This document shows positions 9,550 through 19,758 of a stretch of DNA of 64,000 nucleotides, in pieces. A program made the translations under genes and the position numbers. The first letter of the stretch is position 1. Each line of letters opens with the position of its first letter. The notes beneath the pieces were generated by a model. It had not been told where the DNA came from, did no database searches, and was given only the letters and a program-made list of their open reading frames with translations. The stretch comes from Emcibacter sp. (lineage in GTDB: Bacteria; Pseudomonadota; Alphaproteobacteria; Sphingomonadales; Emcibacteraceae), in NCBI GenBank assembly GCA_021647465.1, contig JAKIUQ010000001.1, positions 35,962-99,961 on the forward strand. Reading direction: 5' to 3'.

Positions 9550-10968
9550 TTAGAGCGCCTTGATAATATTATCGACCATTTTCTTCGCATCGGAAAACAG
9601 CATCATGGTATTGTCACGGAAAAATAATTCATTCTGCACACCGGCATAACCGGCTGCCATGCCGCGCTTGACGAAAAGAACGGTTTTCGCATTTTCAACA
9701 TCCAATATGGGCATGCCATAGATGGGGCTTGTCTTGTCGGTTTTCGCCGATGGGTTGGTTACGTCATTGGCACCAATGACAAAGGCGACATCAGCCTGAG
9801 AAAACTCGTTATTGATATCCTCAAGTTCGAACACCTCATCATAAGGCACATTGGCTTCGGCCAGCAGCACATTCATATGCCCCGGCATGCGCCCGGCCAC
9901 AGGATGAATGGCATAAGAAACCTTGACGCCTTCCGCTTTCAGGATATCGACCATTTCGCGCAGGGCATGCTGTGCTTGTGCCACAGCCATACCATATCCC
10001 GGCACTATGATAACCGAGCCGGCATTTTTCATGATGAAGGCCGCATCATCGGCTGAGCCTTGTTTGACAGGCCGGGTTTCAATCTCGCCGCTGCCCGCTG
10101 CGGCATCTTCGCCGCCAAAACCGCCCAGAATTACGCTGATAAACGAGCGGTTCATGGCTTTGCACATGATATAGCTCAGGATAGCGCCAGATGACCCCAC
10201 GAGCGCCCCTGTGACAATCAGCGCGTTATTCTGCAAGGTGAACCCAATGCCGGCTGCTGCCCAGCCGGAATAGCTGTTGAGCATGCTGACCACAACCGGC
10301 ATATCCGCGCCGCCAATGGGAATGATGATCAGAAAGCCAATCAGGAAACTCAACCCGATGATCCACCACATAACATTATAGCCGCCCAGATCCGTCATTA
10401 TGCCAAGGGATAAAGTGATAATCATGCCAATGATCGCTATTGCCAGTGCCGCATTAATAATATGACGGCCCGGTAGCATGATCGGTGCGCCGGACATTGT
10501 GCCGTTTAATTTGGCAAAGGCAATGACAGAACCTGAGAATGTGATGGCCCCAATGGCCGCGCCCAAGCTCATTTCAACCAGACTCGCGGCATATATTTTC
10601 CCCAAGCTGTCGGTAATGCCGTATCCCGCAGGCTCAAGAAAGGCTGCGGCGGCTACTAAAACGGCGGCAAGTCCCACCAGCGAGTGGAAGGCCGCAACCA
10701 ATTGCGGCATAGCTGTCATCTGAATCCGCAGGGCAATCATGATCCCGATGCCCCCGCCAATAGCCATGGCAATGGCAATCCATTCATAGGAGACAACGGC
10801 AGGATTAAGCAAGGTCGTCACAACCGCAATAACCATACCGGTCATGCCATATTTATTGCCTTTAAGGGAGCTTTCCGGTGACGATAAACCCCGAAGAGCC
10901 ATGATGAACAAGACGCCAGAGACCAGATATGCAAGAGCCGTCAAATCATTTATATTTTGGATAGACAT
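9550..10968 (-). CDS. pntB: NAD(P) transhydrogenase subunit beta
   Basis: 472 aa: a polytopic N-terminal half plus a C-terminal dIII domain (VPGYGMAVAQAQH...VAGRMPGHMNVLLAEA). GGGAGGG RBS upstream. Confidence 0.95.
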   Translation of the reverse strand: MSIQNINDLTALAYLVSGVLFIMALRGLSSPESSLKGNKYGMTGMVIAVVTTLLNPAVVSYEWIAIAMAIGGGIGIMIALRIQMTAMPQLVAAFHSLVGLAAVLVAAAAFLEPAGYGITDSLGKIYAASLVEMSLGAAIGAITFSGSVIAFAKLNGTMSGAPIMLPGRHIINAALAIAIIGMIITLSLGIMTDLGGYNVMWWIIGLSFLIGFLIIIPIGGADMPVVVSMLNSYSGWAAAGIGFTLQNNALIVTGALVGSSGAILSYIMCKAMNRSFISVILGGFGGEDAAAGSGEIETRPVKQGSADDAAFIMKNAGSVIIVPGYGMAVAQAQHALREMVDILKAEGVKVSYAIHPVAGRMPGHMNVLLAEANVPYDEVFELEDINNEFSQADVAFVIGANDVTNPSAKTDKTSPIYGMPILDVENAKTVLFVKRGMAAGYAGVQNELFFRDNTMMLFSDAKKMVDNIIKAL

Positions 10969-10979
10969 TCATACCCTCC

Positions 10980-11309
10980 CTATTTCTTTTTCTTATACAT
11001 GGCAAGCATGCGCTGGGTAACGGCAAAGCCGCCAAAGATATTTACCGCCGCAAGGCCAATGGCAATGATGCCAAGGATTTTGGCGATGCTCATATCCATA
11101 GGCCCCGCCGCGATCAAGGCGCCAACGATAATCACCGATGAAATGGCGTTGGTGACCGCCATAAGCGGGGTATGAAGGGCAGGGGTCACGCTCCACACCA
11201 CGTAATATCCGACAAAAATTGCCAAGACGAATAAAGAGAGTTGGGATAGGAACGGGCTGACGGTTGCCGCATGTGTTGCGGCGTCAGCGACTTGTTGGGT
11301 TAAGTCCAT
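10980..11309 (-). CDS. pntAB: NAD(P) transhydrogenase subunit alpha part 2 (membrane)
   Basis: 109-aa protein with 3 TM helices, sitting between pntAA and pntB as in alphaproteobacterial split pntA. Confidence 0.9.
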   Translation of the reverse strand: MDLTQQVADAATHAATVSPFLSQLSLFVLAIFVGYYVVWSVTPALHTPLMAVTNAISSVIIVGALIAAGPMDMSIAKILGIIAIGLAAVNIFGGFAVTQRMLAMYKKKK

Positions 11310-11310
11310 C

Positions 11311-12459
11311 TTATTTTCCTCCTGTTAGGCGTTTATTGACGATGGCACCATCTATGGTGAGCAAAGTGCCAACAATAATTTCATCTTCCCAATCAATATT
11401 GAGCGTTTTATTATCACTGTCCATAAGCGGCGTGATAAAATTCAGCAGGTTCTTGGCATAGAGCGCACTGGCATCTGTGGCGACGCGGCTTGGCACATTA
11501 TGATGACCGATGATTTTAACGCCGCTCTCAAGCACAATTTTCCCGACTTGTGACAATTCACAATTTCCGCCGCTTTCCACGGCAAGGTCAATGATGACAG
11601 ACCCCGGTTTCATGCTTTGAACCATCTCTTTTGTAATCAGAGTTGGGGCCGGACGCCCCGGGATAAGGGCTGTCGTGATGGCGATATCCTGTTTGGCGAG
11701 GGTGGCCGCAATTAACGCCGCTTGCTTGGCCTTATAGTCATCACTCATTTCCTTGGCATAGCCGCCTTCGGTTTCGCCGGTTTCTGTGCTTTCCACCATA
11801 ACGAACTTACCACCCAGGCTTTCCACCTGTTCTTTGGCTGCCGCGCGTACGTCTGTGGCGGAGACCACGGCCCCCATACGTTTGGCCGTCGCAATGGCCT
11901 GAAGTCCGGCAACACCGCAGCCCATGACCAGTATCTTGGCCGGCGCAACGGTGCCGGCGGCGGTCATCATCATGGGATAGGCGCGGGAAAATTCATAAGC
12001 CGCATCAATAACCGCTCTGTAACCGGCCAGATTTGACTGGGATGACAGAACATCCATACTTTGCGCGCGCGTGATGCGCGGCATGAATTCCATGGCAAAT
12101 GAGGTGATATTCCCCTTGGCATAGGCATCAACCATCGCCCCGTCTGAAAGCGGTGATAAGGTTGCAATCAATATGGCTCCCGGCTTAATCAGGGCCATTT
12201 CATCAATATCACCTTCTGCAGTATGAAGCGGGCGTTGAACCTTGAAAATTATATCTGCGCCGTCATAAACCTTTGCAGCATCCGCCGCTATTTTGGCACC
12301 GGCAGAGGCATATTCACTGTCAGGAATACTGCTCATGAGGCCCGCATCCTTTTCGACAATAACATCAAACCCAAGTGAAATAAGCTTCTTGACGGTGTCA
12401 GGCGTGGCCGCAACGCGCCTTTCATGGGGACGACGTTCTTTCGGTATGGCAAGCTTCAT
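11311..12459 (-). CDS. pntAA: NAD(P) transhydrogenase subunit alpha part 1 (dI, NAD(H)-binding)
   Basis: N-terminus MKLAIPKERRPHERRVA and the Rossmann motif VMGCGVAGLQAIATAKRMGA. ATG at 12459 has a GAGGAAACGAT RBS, so it is preferred over 12483. Confidence 0.92.
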   Translation of the reverse strand: MKLAIPKERRPHERRVAATPDTVKKLISLGFDVIVEKDAGLMSSIPDSEYASAGAKIAADAAKVYDGADIIFKVQRPLHTAEGDIDEMALIKPGAILIATLSPLSDGAMVDAYAKGNITSFAMEFMPRITRAQSMDVLSSQSNLAGYRAVIDAAYEFSRAYPMMMTAAGTVAPAKILVMGCGVAGLQAIATAKRMGAVVSATDVRAAAKEQVESLGGKFVMVESTETGETEGGYAKEMSDDYKAKQAALIAATLAKQDIAITTALIPGRPAPTLITKEMVQSMKPGSVIIDLAVESGGNCELSQVGKIVLESGVKIIGHHNVPSRVATDASALYAKNLLNFITPLMDSDNKTLNIDWEDEIIVGTLLTIDGAIVNKRLTGGK

Positions 12460-12545
12460 ATCGTTTCCTCTCTTTATTATCATGCGAAATTATTATGCGT
12501 TTTTCAAACATACTCAGAAATTATATTGCGCCGCAACATAATTCT

Positions 12546-14342
12546 TTATAATCTTTCTATTTCCTCAATTAAATTACTTATCATCGTCAGGCCCGTTTCC
12601 CAGAAATCCGGATCACTGGCATCAAGGCCAAAGGGTCGCAACAGGTCTTTATGACGCAGGCTTCCGCCCGCCCGCAGCATGTGGATATATTTTTCCTGAA
12701 AGCCATCCGGGTTGTTTTGATAATTTGCATAAAGCGAATTGACCAGACAATCGCCAAAGGCATAGGCATATACGTAAAAGGGTGAATGGATGAAATGGGG
12801 AATATAACACCAGAAATTACGGTAATTATCATCAAATTTTATGGCATCTCCCAGACTTTCTTTTTGAACAGCCATCCATATGTCCCCAATATCGTCTGCG
12901 GAAAGTTCGCCATTCTTTCGGGCCGCATGAACCTGTGTCTCGAAATCGTAAAAGGCCACCTGACGCACGACTGTATTGAGCATATCTTCTACTTTGGCTG
13001 CCATTATGACTTTCCGGCGCGTATTATCCTGTTCTTTCGACAGCAGCGATTGAAATGTCAGCATTTCACCAAAAACACTGGCGGTTTCGGCCAAGGTTAG
13101 CGGCGTATCGGCAAGAAGCGCGCCTTGGGGCCCTGCCAGAACCTGATGGATGCCGTGGCCAAGCTCATGGGCCAGTGTCATCACATCGCGGGTTTTGCCC
13201 AGATAATTCAGCAAGAGGTAAGGATGAACGCCTGGTACCGTGGGATGGGCAAAGGCCCCGGGTGACTTGCCGTCTCGGACAGGGGCATCGATCCAGTCAT
13301 TTTCAAAGAATTTAGCTCCTATTGTCGCCATTTCAGGAGAAAATTGATCCAGGGAATCCAACACTGTTTTTTGGGCGTCCGGCCATTGATGGACTTTGTG
13401 ATCACCATCAGGCAAGGGGGCATTGCGGTCCCACCAATCGAGTTTTTCTGCGCCAAGCCATTTTGCCTTCATCTGGTAATAGCGATGTGACAAGCGCGGA
13501 TATGATTTTTTAACCGCCGCAACCAAAGCATCAACCACTTCTTTTTCAAGCTGGTTTGATAAGTGACGTGATGAACTGGGGCCCTCAAAATGCCGCCAGC
13601 GGTCTTCAATTTCTTTATCCTTGGCAAGGGTATTGGTGATATGGGTGAAAAGGCGGATATTATTTTTAAAGGTGGTCGAAAGGCAATCGGCGGCGGATTT
13701 TCTAATGTTTTCCTGGGTGTCGGTTAATAAATCCAGGGCCTCTTCTGTGCCAATGGATTTCTTTTCGTTATTATTGGGATCGATATAGTCAAATTTTAAA
13801 TTTGCCATCGTCTCATCGAATAGCCGAACCCACGCGGCCCGGCCCGCAACGGACTTATCAAGCAATATTTCTTCCAGCTTGTCCTCTAATTGATGGGGCC
13901 GATATTGACGAATGGTTTCGAACCACGGGCGGTAGCGGGCCAATTCTTGCGAATCCTTCAGCCATTGATCAATTTTTTCCTGATCTACACGGTTTAATTC
14001 AAGCGTGAAGAACAAGATCTTTGTCGTGATTTGCGTTATTTTTTCGTGACATGATTGATAGAATTTGGTGACATCTGTATCAATGATATCCCTTGCTTTA
14101 AGCAACCCGGCATAGCTCATGATCCGGCCGGTGATTTCTTCCATGACTTCATATTGTTTGACGGCGCCGAGTATTTCTTTAGCGCTGAGTTCGGGTAGTT
14201 TGCCTTTGTAACGCTTCAGAAAGTCATCGGAAATCTCTGTCAATTTAGAAAAATCCTGCAGAAGTTCCGGACTGTCCATGGCCGGATAAAGGTCCGTAAG
14301 GTCCCAAAGGGGCAGGCGTGATGTGTCAAGAGGAAGCGTCAT
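12546..14342 (-). CDS. pepF: Oligoendopeptidase F family (M3) metallopeptidase
   Basis: HEXXH zinc motif TLAHELGHGIHQ and M3B-like architecture. ATG at 14342 is preferred, because the 69-codon upstream extension is hydrophobic junk that overlaps the divergent regulator gene. Confidence 0.88.
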   Translation of the reverse strand: MTLPLDTSRLPLWDLTDLYPAMDSPELLQDFSKLTEISDDFLKRYKGKLPELSAKEILGAVKQYEVMEEITGRIMSYAGLLKARDIIDTDVTKFYQSCHEKITQITTKILFFTLELNRVDQEKIDQWLKDSQELARYRPWFETIRQYRPHQLEDKLEEILLDKSVAGRAAWVRLFDETMANLKFDYIDPNNNEKKSIGTEEALDLLTDTQENIRKSAADCLSTTFKNNIRLFTHITNTLAKDKEIEDRWRHFEGPSSSRHLSNQLEKEVVDALVAAVKKSYPRLSHRYYQMKAKWLGAEKLDWWDRNAPLPDGDHKVHQWPDAQKTVLDSLDQFSPEMATIGAKFFENDWIDAPVRDGKSPGAFAHPTVPGVHPYLLLNYLGKTRDVMTLAHELGHGIHQVLAGPQGALLADTPLTLAETASVFGEMLTFQSLLSKEQDNTRRKVIMAAKVEDMLNTVVRQVAFYDFETQVHAARKNGELSADDIGDIWMAVQKESLGDAIKFDDNYRNFWCYIPHFIHSPFYVYAYAFGDCLVNSLYANYQNNPDGFQEKYIHMLRAGGSLRHKDLLRPFGLDASDPDFWETGLTMISNLIEEIERL

Positions 14343-14512
14343 AGTTGCCTTTTTTGGTTTTGTGTCAAAATGATACAGAATTAGTAATTTTTTTATCTTT
14401 TGGGGGCATGATAGCAACAGGGGTAGAAGAATATGACCCAAAAAACGAATGCGCATACGAAAATATTTTTTGTAGGCGATTTTAAGTATTATAAAAAAAA
14501 TGACGATGCGCA

Positions 14513-15988
14513 ATGACAAAATTGATCTTAATAGTAGAAGACGAGCCAAATCAAAGGAAGATGCTGAAACTCACCCTGAATAAAGCCGGGTTCGATGTGC
14601 AGCAAGCGGCAACGGGCCATGAGGCGATTGATATTTTGTCCGGTGATATGGCGATTAACTTTGATCTTATATTGCTGGATATGGTTCTTGGGGAAATTAG
14701 CGGGAAAGATGTCTTAAATCATATTAAGAAAACCTTGCCTAATCTGCCGGTTATTGTCCTTACCGGCCATAGCAGTATTGATAATGCGGTGGAGGCTATG
14801 CTGGCCGGGGCTATTGACTTTATTTCAAAACCCGTGGAAGTGGGTCGTCTGAAGGTTTCCATAGATAATGCCTTGCGCATGAACAGGCTATCCGGCGAGG
14901 CCTCTCGATTAAGCCAAAAATGGGCTGGTCAATTGGATTTTTCAGATTTGGTAGGGACAAGCGAGGCCATGAACAAGGCCGTGGATTTGGCCAAAAAAGG
15001 CGCAGCCGCACATATTCCGATCCTGCTGGAGGGAGAGAGCGGCGTTGGCAAGGAAGTTTTTGCCAGAGCCATACAGGGCGAAAGCGATAGAAGCGGCAAG
15101 GCTTTTGTGGTGGTCAATTGCGGCGCTATTCCGGGTAATCTTGTCGAATCCATTCTTTTTGGTCATGAAAAAGGCTCTTTCACCGGGGCCATGGAAAAAC
15201 ATGTGGGCAAATTTGTTGAGGCGGATGGCGGGACGCTTTTCCTTGATGAAATTGGGGAGCTGCCCTTGGCGTTACAGGTTAAGCTGTTGCGCGTTCTTCA
15301 GGAAGGTCAAGTGGATCCCGTGGGCAGTAGTGAGCCAATAAATGTTGATGTGCGTTTGATCTCGGCCACTAATCGCAAACTGAAAGACATGGTGAAACTG
15401 GGAGAGTTTCGAGAAGATCTTTTTTATCGGCTTAATATTTTTCCCATTCAATTACCGCCCCTTCGTGATAGAAAAGGTGATATTGAACGTTTAATCCCCC
15501 ATTTTATTGAGAATATATGTATATCTGAAGGGTGCCCAAGTAAGACGATTACAGCAGATGCCATGGCTCTGCTGACGTCATATAAATGGCCGGGGAATAT
15601 CCGGCAGTTGAAAAATGCCTTATTCCGAGCTGTCATTCTCTCAGAGGGAAATATGATCAGGCGCGTGGATTTTCCGCAAATACATTTAAACAGTAATCAC
15701 CCAAAAACCAATCAGGCCATTTCACATCCGCAAAATGCCGCGAAGGGACAAATGATCGGGGACGGGATTAATGTTCGGAATGATATTTTCAAACATCAAG
15801 AGATTCTATCTGCGCTGGATGAGGTCGGAGACATCAGGGCCATACAGGATGTGGAAAAGGATATGATCAGCTTTTCTATGAAAAAATATGACGGACGCAT
15901 GTCTGAAGTCGCGCGCCGCTTAGGCGTTGGACGCTCTACCCTTTACCGCAAAGTTGCTGAATTCGGGTTGGATGATGACATAAGTTAG
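14513..15988 (+). CDS. Sigma-54-dependent response regulator (NtrC/TacA-type bacterial enhancer-binding protein)
   Basis: Receiver domain (ILIVEDEP...LILLDMVL). AAA+ sigma-54 interaction domain (GESGVGKEVFARAIQ, a GAFTGA-like GSFTGA, FLDEIGEL). C-terminal Fis-type HTH (VARRLGVGRSTLYRKV). Confidence 0.92.
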   Translation: MTKLILIVEDEPNQRKMLKLTLNKAGFDVQQAATGHEAIDILSGDMAINFDLILLDMVLGEISGKDVLNHIKKTLPNLPVIVLTGHSSIDNAVEAMLAGAIDFISKPVEVGRLKVSIDNALRMNRLSGEASRLSQKWAGQLDFSDLVGTSEAMNKAVDLAKKGAAAHIPILLEGESGVGKEVFARAIQGESDRSGKAFVVVNCGAIPGNLVESILFGHEKGSFTGAMEKHVGKFVEADGGTLFLDEIGELPLALQVKLLRVLQEGQVDPVGSSEPINVDVRLISATNRKLKDMVKLGEFREDLFYRLNIFPIQLPPLRDRKGDIERLIPHFIENICISEGCPSKTITADAMALLTSYKWPGNIRQLKNALFRAVILSEGNMIRRVDFPQIHLNSNHPKTNQAISHPQNAAKGQMIGDGINVRNDIFKHQEILSALDEVGDIRAIQDVEKDMISFSMKKYDGRMSEVARRLGVGRSTLYRKVAEFGLDDDIS

Positions 15989-16059
15989 ATAAATTTTTCT
16001 CCTTCCTTTAGAAAATAAGAAGAATGATCAGATAATATGAGATCTGAAAGGGTGACGCT

Positions 16060-16278
16060 ATGTTATTATATTTGCTTGGTGCGCTAATACCGCCGCTTGG
16101 TATTTTATTATATGGCAGGATAATGCAAGCGGCATTTAATGCTTTGTTATGGACTTATGCCATTATGACGCCGGGTGTCTGGGGCTTAATATTGTGGCTG
16201 GGGGCTGTTATGCATGCCACATATGTCATTCATGGTGCCCGAACGCGCCCGTTAAGAAATAATGATTTTTCACTTTAA
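16060..16278 (+). CDS. Small 2-TM membrane protein, Pmp3/YqaE-like (paralog 1)
   Basis: 72 aa. The pattern IPPLGILLYGRIMQAAFNALLW...HATYVIHGAR loosely resembles the UPF0057/Pmp3 pattern (PP.A....G.....N.....HA..V). Paralogous to the next ORF. Confidence 0.55.
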   Translation: MLLYLLGALIPPLGILLYGRIMQAAFNALLWTYAIMTPGVWGLILWLGAVMHATYVIHGARTRPLRNNDFSL

Positions 16279-16352
16279 TGATAAAAACCCTTTAAATTCA
16301 GCACTGGATTTGCAAGACTGTCTCCTGATGATAAAATTGGAGATATCACAAA

Positions 16353-16589
16353 ATGATTTATATACTTGCCGTCATAATCCCCCCCTTGGCGTTATTAATG
16401 CAAGGCAAAATTTTTCAAGCCATTATTAATGCCGTCTTCTGGATATTAGGGTTGATTTTTTTACTTATTGGCGGGTTTATTCTTTGGGGCATTACAGTGC
16501 TGCATGCCATTATTGTCATAAATGGCGCAAGATCCGATGCGAATACGCAAAAAATTGTTGATGCGATAAATGCGGGCAAAAAAGATTAG
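16353..16589 (+). CDS. Small 2-TM membrane protein, Pmp3/YqaE-like (paralog 2)
   Basis: 78 aa with IPPLALLMQGKIFQAIINAVFW...HAIIVINGAR. Roughly 40-45 percent identical by eye to the ORF at 16060-16278. GGAGA RBS upstream. Confidence 0.55.
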   Translation: MIYILAVIIPPLALLMQGKIFQAIINAVFWILGLIFLLIGGFILWGITVLHAIIVINGARSDANTQKIVDAINAGKKD

Positions 16590-16596
16590 ATAAAGT

Positions 16597-16631
16597 AAAA
16601 AAAGACGCTGTTAAAGCGCCTTGTTTATTTT
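16597..16631. terminator. Probable bidirectional terminator between the small membrane protein gene and gapR
   Basis: GACGCT-GTTAA-AGCGCC hairpin (one wobble pair), flanked by an A-run on one side and TTGTTTATTTT on the other. Confidence 0.45.
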
Positions 16632-16646
16632 GGTTAATGTAATCAG

Positions 16647-16898
16647 TTAACCGCGCAGCATGCCGAGCGCGTGAGCATAGAGGTCAATAAGGGCTTCATG
16701 CTCTTGTCTTTCGTGATCTTCCATTTTACGCATTCTGACGATCTGCCGCATGATTTTCACGTCAAAGCCAGAGGATTTAGCCTCTGAATAAACGTCCTTG
16801 ATGTCATCCGCCAGATTCTTCTTTTCTTCTTCCAGTCTCTCTATGCGTTCGACGAAAGAGCGCAATACATCTTGCGCGATACCGTTAACATCGGTCAT
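16647..16898 (-). CDS. gapR: DUF2312 (UPF0335) nucleoid-associated protein, GapR-like
   Basis: 83 aa. [48 protein letters not shown] is the conserved DUF2312 core. Confidence 0.85.
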   Translation of the reverse strand: MTDVNGIAQDVLRSFVERIERLEEEKKNLADDIKDVYSEAKSSGFDVKIMRQIVRMRKMEDHERQEHEALIDLYAHALGMLRG

Positions 16899-16972
16899 AA
16901 ATATTCCTCTTGAGTTAAATTTGGCTGCACAATATCGGCCAGGGGAAACTTTCGCAACCTGAAAAATAATAA

Positions 16973-17278
16973 TTACATTTCCTTATTTTTTTTCAGGCTT
17001 TCTTCCATCAATTGCATCTGTTCAGGGGTTGCGTCACTTTGATGATTTTTAACCCAATCCGCATAGGGCATGCCATAAATTATTTCACGGGCTTGCGTTT
17101 TATCAAGGGTGATCCCTTTTTCTTCTGCGGCATCCTGATACCAGTTGGCGAGGCAATTCCGGCAGAAGCCCGATAGTCCCATGAGGTCGATATTCTGAGC
17201 ATCTGTTCTCTTGGCAAGATGAGACAAAAGCCTTCTGAAGGCGGCGGCTTCAATTTCGATACGGCTTTGATGGTCCAT
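16973..17278 (-). CDS. DUF1244 domain-containing protein
   Basis: 101 aa with [37 protein letters not shown], the typical DUF1244 signature. Confidence 0.8.
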   Translation of the reverse strand: MDHQSRIEIEAAAFRRLLSHLAKRTDAQNIDLMGLSGFCRNCLANWYQDAAEEKGITLDKTQAREIIYGMPYADWVKNHQSDATPEQMQLMEESLKKNKEM

Positions 17279-17295
17279 TGATGGTCTCCTTAGGG

Positions 17296-18087
17296 TTAAT
17301 ATTTTTTGAGGGTTCTTAATTGGGTGTCCTGCGCGATCTTTGTCAGGTCATCGGCCAAAATACCGGCCCATAGATCAACGCCTTCGGGACTGTCCACCTC
17401 ATTTTGGCGGATTTCTATGGTAACATGCGGGGTTCCGTGGTCATGACCATGGCGGTTCATGGTAAAAAACAGGTCGCGGCCAGAGTAAGGCTGATTGTCG
17501 CCAACATTATATCCCCTGGCCGTAAGATGGTTAATCAAAGCCATGGCAAGGCGTGGGTCCTTATTCCATAGCATACCGGCCTGCCATGGTCGATGTTGCC
17601 CCTTCATGTGCGGGGTAAAGCTGTGCATGCCGCAAATGAGCGGCACTTGGCCCGATTGTATTTTACCCTTAACCAATATTTCTGTCCGGTCATGGAAGGC
17701 ATGATAAAAACGATTCTTGCGACTTTCGATTTCTTCATGGGACAGTGTTTGATTTTCTGGAATTATAATGCCGTCGCTGACTGTGGGAATGAGGGTTTTA
17801 TGATCTTCTTCGCGGTTGGGGTCAATGAGCAATCGTGAAAATCTGGCCATTATCGCCGGGGCATTCAGGCGCGCGGATAATTGCCGGGTCAATTGTTCCA
17901 TGCCAATGTCCCAGGCGATATGTTTGTCCAGGAAACCCTTGCCTAGTCCCAGATTATTATAGTCAGGCGGGATATAATTGCTGGCATGTTCGCATATGAA
18001 GATGATATCTGCAGTCCCCGCAGGATTGAGAATTTCATAGGCATGATTGGGGTCATAATCTATTGGGGTATGGGGGTTTTTAAACAC
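17296..18087 (-). CDS. N-formylglutamate amidohydrolase family protein
   Basis: 263 aa with the FGase-like pattern (IFICEHASNYIP..., LLIDPNR, HSFTP). GTG start. Confidence 0.78.
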   Translation of the reverse strand: MFKNPHTPIDYDPNHAYEILNPAGTADIIFICEHASNYIPPDYNNLGLGKGFLDKHIAWDIGMEQLTRQLSARLNAPAIMARFSRLLIDPNREEDHKTLIPTVSDGIIIPENQTLSHEEIESRKNRFYHAFHDRTEILVKGKIQSGQVPLICGMHSFTPHMKGQHRPWQAGMLWNKDPRLAMALINHLTARGYNVGDNQPYSGRDLFFTMNRHGHDHGTPHVTIEIRQNEVDSPEGVDLWAGILADDLTKIAQDTQLRTLKKY

Positions 18088-18304
18088 AGATATCTGCCTT
18101 GCCTAAGAATGTGGTCCATAATGCTCATTATATTTAAGAGCTTAAAGATAAAAAACAATATTTATCGGAAAATTTCATAAGAATTAAACCAGAATAATGT
18201 AAATTTTGAAACACTGATATAATATGTTCACGGGGTCATGTTATTATGTTAGAAAATGATCTTAAATATTTGCCATGATAACTCATAATATGGGAAGATA
18301 GAAT

Positions 18305-19741
18305 ATGCATCGTCAACGCTGCACCAGAATAATTGCCACTTTAGGGCCGTCCAGTTCGAAGGTTGAAACCATTAAAAAATTATCAGACGCGGGCGCCGAT
18401 GTTTTTCGGCTTAATATGAGTCATGGCAACCACAGCGATATCAGCGAAATGCATTCGGCAATTCGTGAAGTCGAGAATATAACGGGACGCGCCATAGGCA
18501 TTATGGCCGACCTGCAAGGGCCAAAATTGCGCGTTGGTGTATTTGACGGCGATAAAGTTGAATTGGTCAAAGGCAAAGAATTTATTCTTGATATGGATGA
18601 TACGCCGGGAACAAAACACCGGGTTTGTCTGCCGCATCCGGAAATTTACCAGGTCGTGGAAAAAGGAACGGATCTGTTGCTTGATGATGGCAAGATCAGA
18701 TTAAAAATCAACAAGGTAGAAGATGGAAAAATTACAACGCAGGTCACCGTAGGCGGCGTTATTTCCAATCGTAAAGGGGTCAATGTACCCAGTGCTATTC
18801 TGCCCTTATCCGCCTTAACCAAAAAAGATAAAAAGGATCTGGATTTTGTATTGAGCCTCGGTGTTGACTGGGTTGCGCTGTCTTTTGTTCAAAGGCCGGA
18901 GGATGTGGACGAAGCCAGAAAAATCATTGGCGACAATGCCTCTATTATGGCAAAATTAGAGAAGCCGGCAGCCTTATATGCCCTTGACGAGATCATCGCG
19001 CTCGCGGATGCGGTGATGGTTGCGCGCGGGGATATGGGGGTTGAAATGCCCATGGAAGAAGTGCCGGCAAAGCAGAAAAAAATCATCCGCCACGCGCGCA
19101 GGGCCGGAAAACCGGTCGTGGTGGCGACGCAAATGCTGGAAAGTATGATTACCAGCCCAGTTCCTACCCGCGCCGAGGTTTCCGATGTCGCCAATGCGGT
19201 ATTTGATGGTACAGATGCCATTATGCTATCCGCTGAATCAGCCGCCGGCGACTATCCGGTTGAGGCCGTAAGCTATATGGACCGGATTGCCAGAAAAGTA
19301 GAGCAGGAGCCAAGTTATAGAAGAGCGCAGGGGAAAGAGGAAGTCAGGCTTGAGCCTACTTCTGCCGATGCCTTGAGTTCTGCGGCAAAACAAGTCGCCA
19401 CTACTTTGGAGGCGGCGGCAATTGTCACCTATACCACATCCGGCTCAACGGCGATCAGGGCGGCAAGAGAGCGGCCTAAAACGCCTCTGTTGGTGTTGAC
19501 CCCCAACCAAATGACGGCGCGCCGATTGACCATGGTCTGGGGATTGAACTGCGTTCATACAAAAGATGCCGTGAATTTTCAGGATATGATTGATAAGGCG
19601 TGCCAAATTTGTTTGCAGCATAATTTTGCACGGCTTAATGACAGAATTGTGATTACAGCCGGAATGCCTTTTGGCTCACCCGGCAAAACCAATGTGTTGA
19701 GAATAGCGCGGATTCAGAGCTATCATTCAGAAGCATCATAA
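18305..19741 (+). CDS. pyk: Pyruvate kinase
   Basis: TRIIATLGPSS, FRLNMSHG and MVARGDMGVEMP motifs. 478 aa. Confidence 0.95.
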   Translation: MHRQRCTRIIATLGPSSSKVETIKKLSDAGADVFRLNMSHGNHSDISEMHSAIREVENITGRAIGIMADLQGPKLRVGVFDGDKVELVKGKEFILDMDDTPGTKHRVCLPHPEIYQVVEKGTDLLLDDGKIRLKINKVEDGKITTQVTVGGVISNRKGVNVPSAILPLSALTKKDKKDLDFVLSLGVDWVALSFVQRPEDVDEARKIIGDNASIMAKLEKPAALYALDEIIALADAVMVARGDMGVEMPMEEVPAKQKKIIRHARRAGKPVVVATQMLESMITSPVPTRAEVSDVANAVFDGTDAIMLSAESAAGDYPVEAVSYMDRIARKVEQEPSYRRAQGKEEVRLEPTSADALSSAAKQVATTLEAAAIVTYTTSGSTAIRAARERPKTPLLVLTPNQMTARRLTMVWGLNCVHTKDAVNFQDMIDKACQICLQHNFARLNDRIVITAGMPFGSPGKTNVLRIARIQSYHSEAS

Positions 19742-19758
19742 GCCATAGGATATATTTC

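Noticed and set aside
14343-14549. 69-codon N-terminal extension of the pepF ORF
   Set aside because: The extension is hydrophobic and Lys/Ile-rich, overlaps the divergent regulator gene start (14513), and M3 peptidases begin near the MTLPLDTS... position.
15989-16352. Sigma-54 promoter (TGGCAC-N5-TTGC) in front of the small membrane protein genes downstream of the enhancer-binding protein
   Set aside because: I scanned both spacers by eye and found no GG-N10-GC element with flanking consensus.
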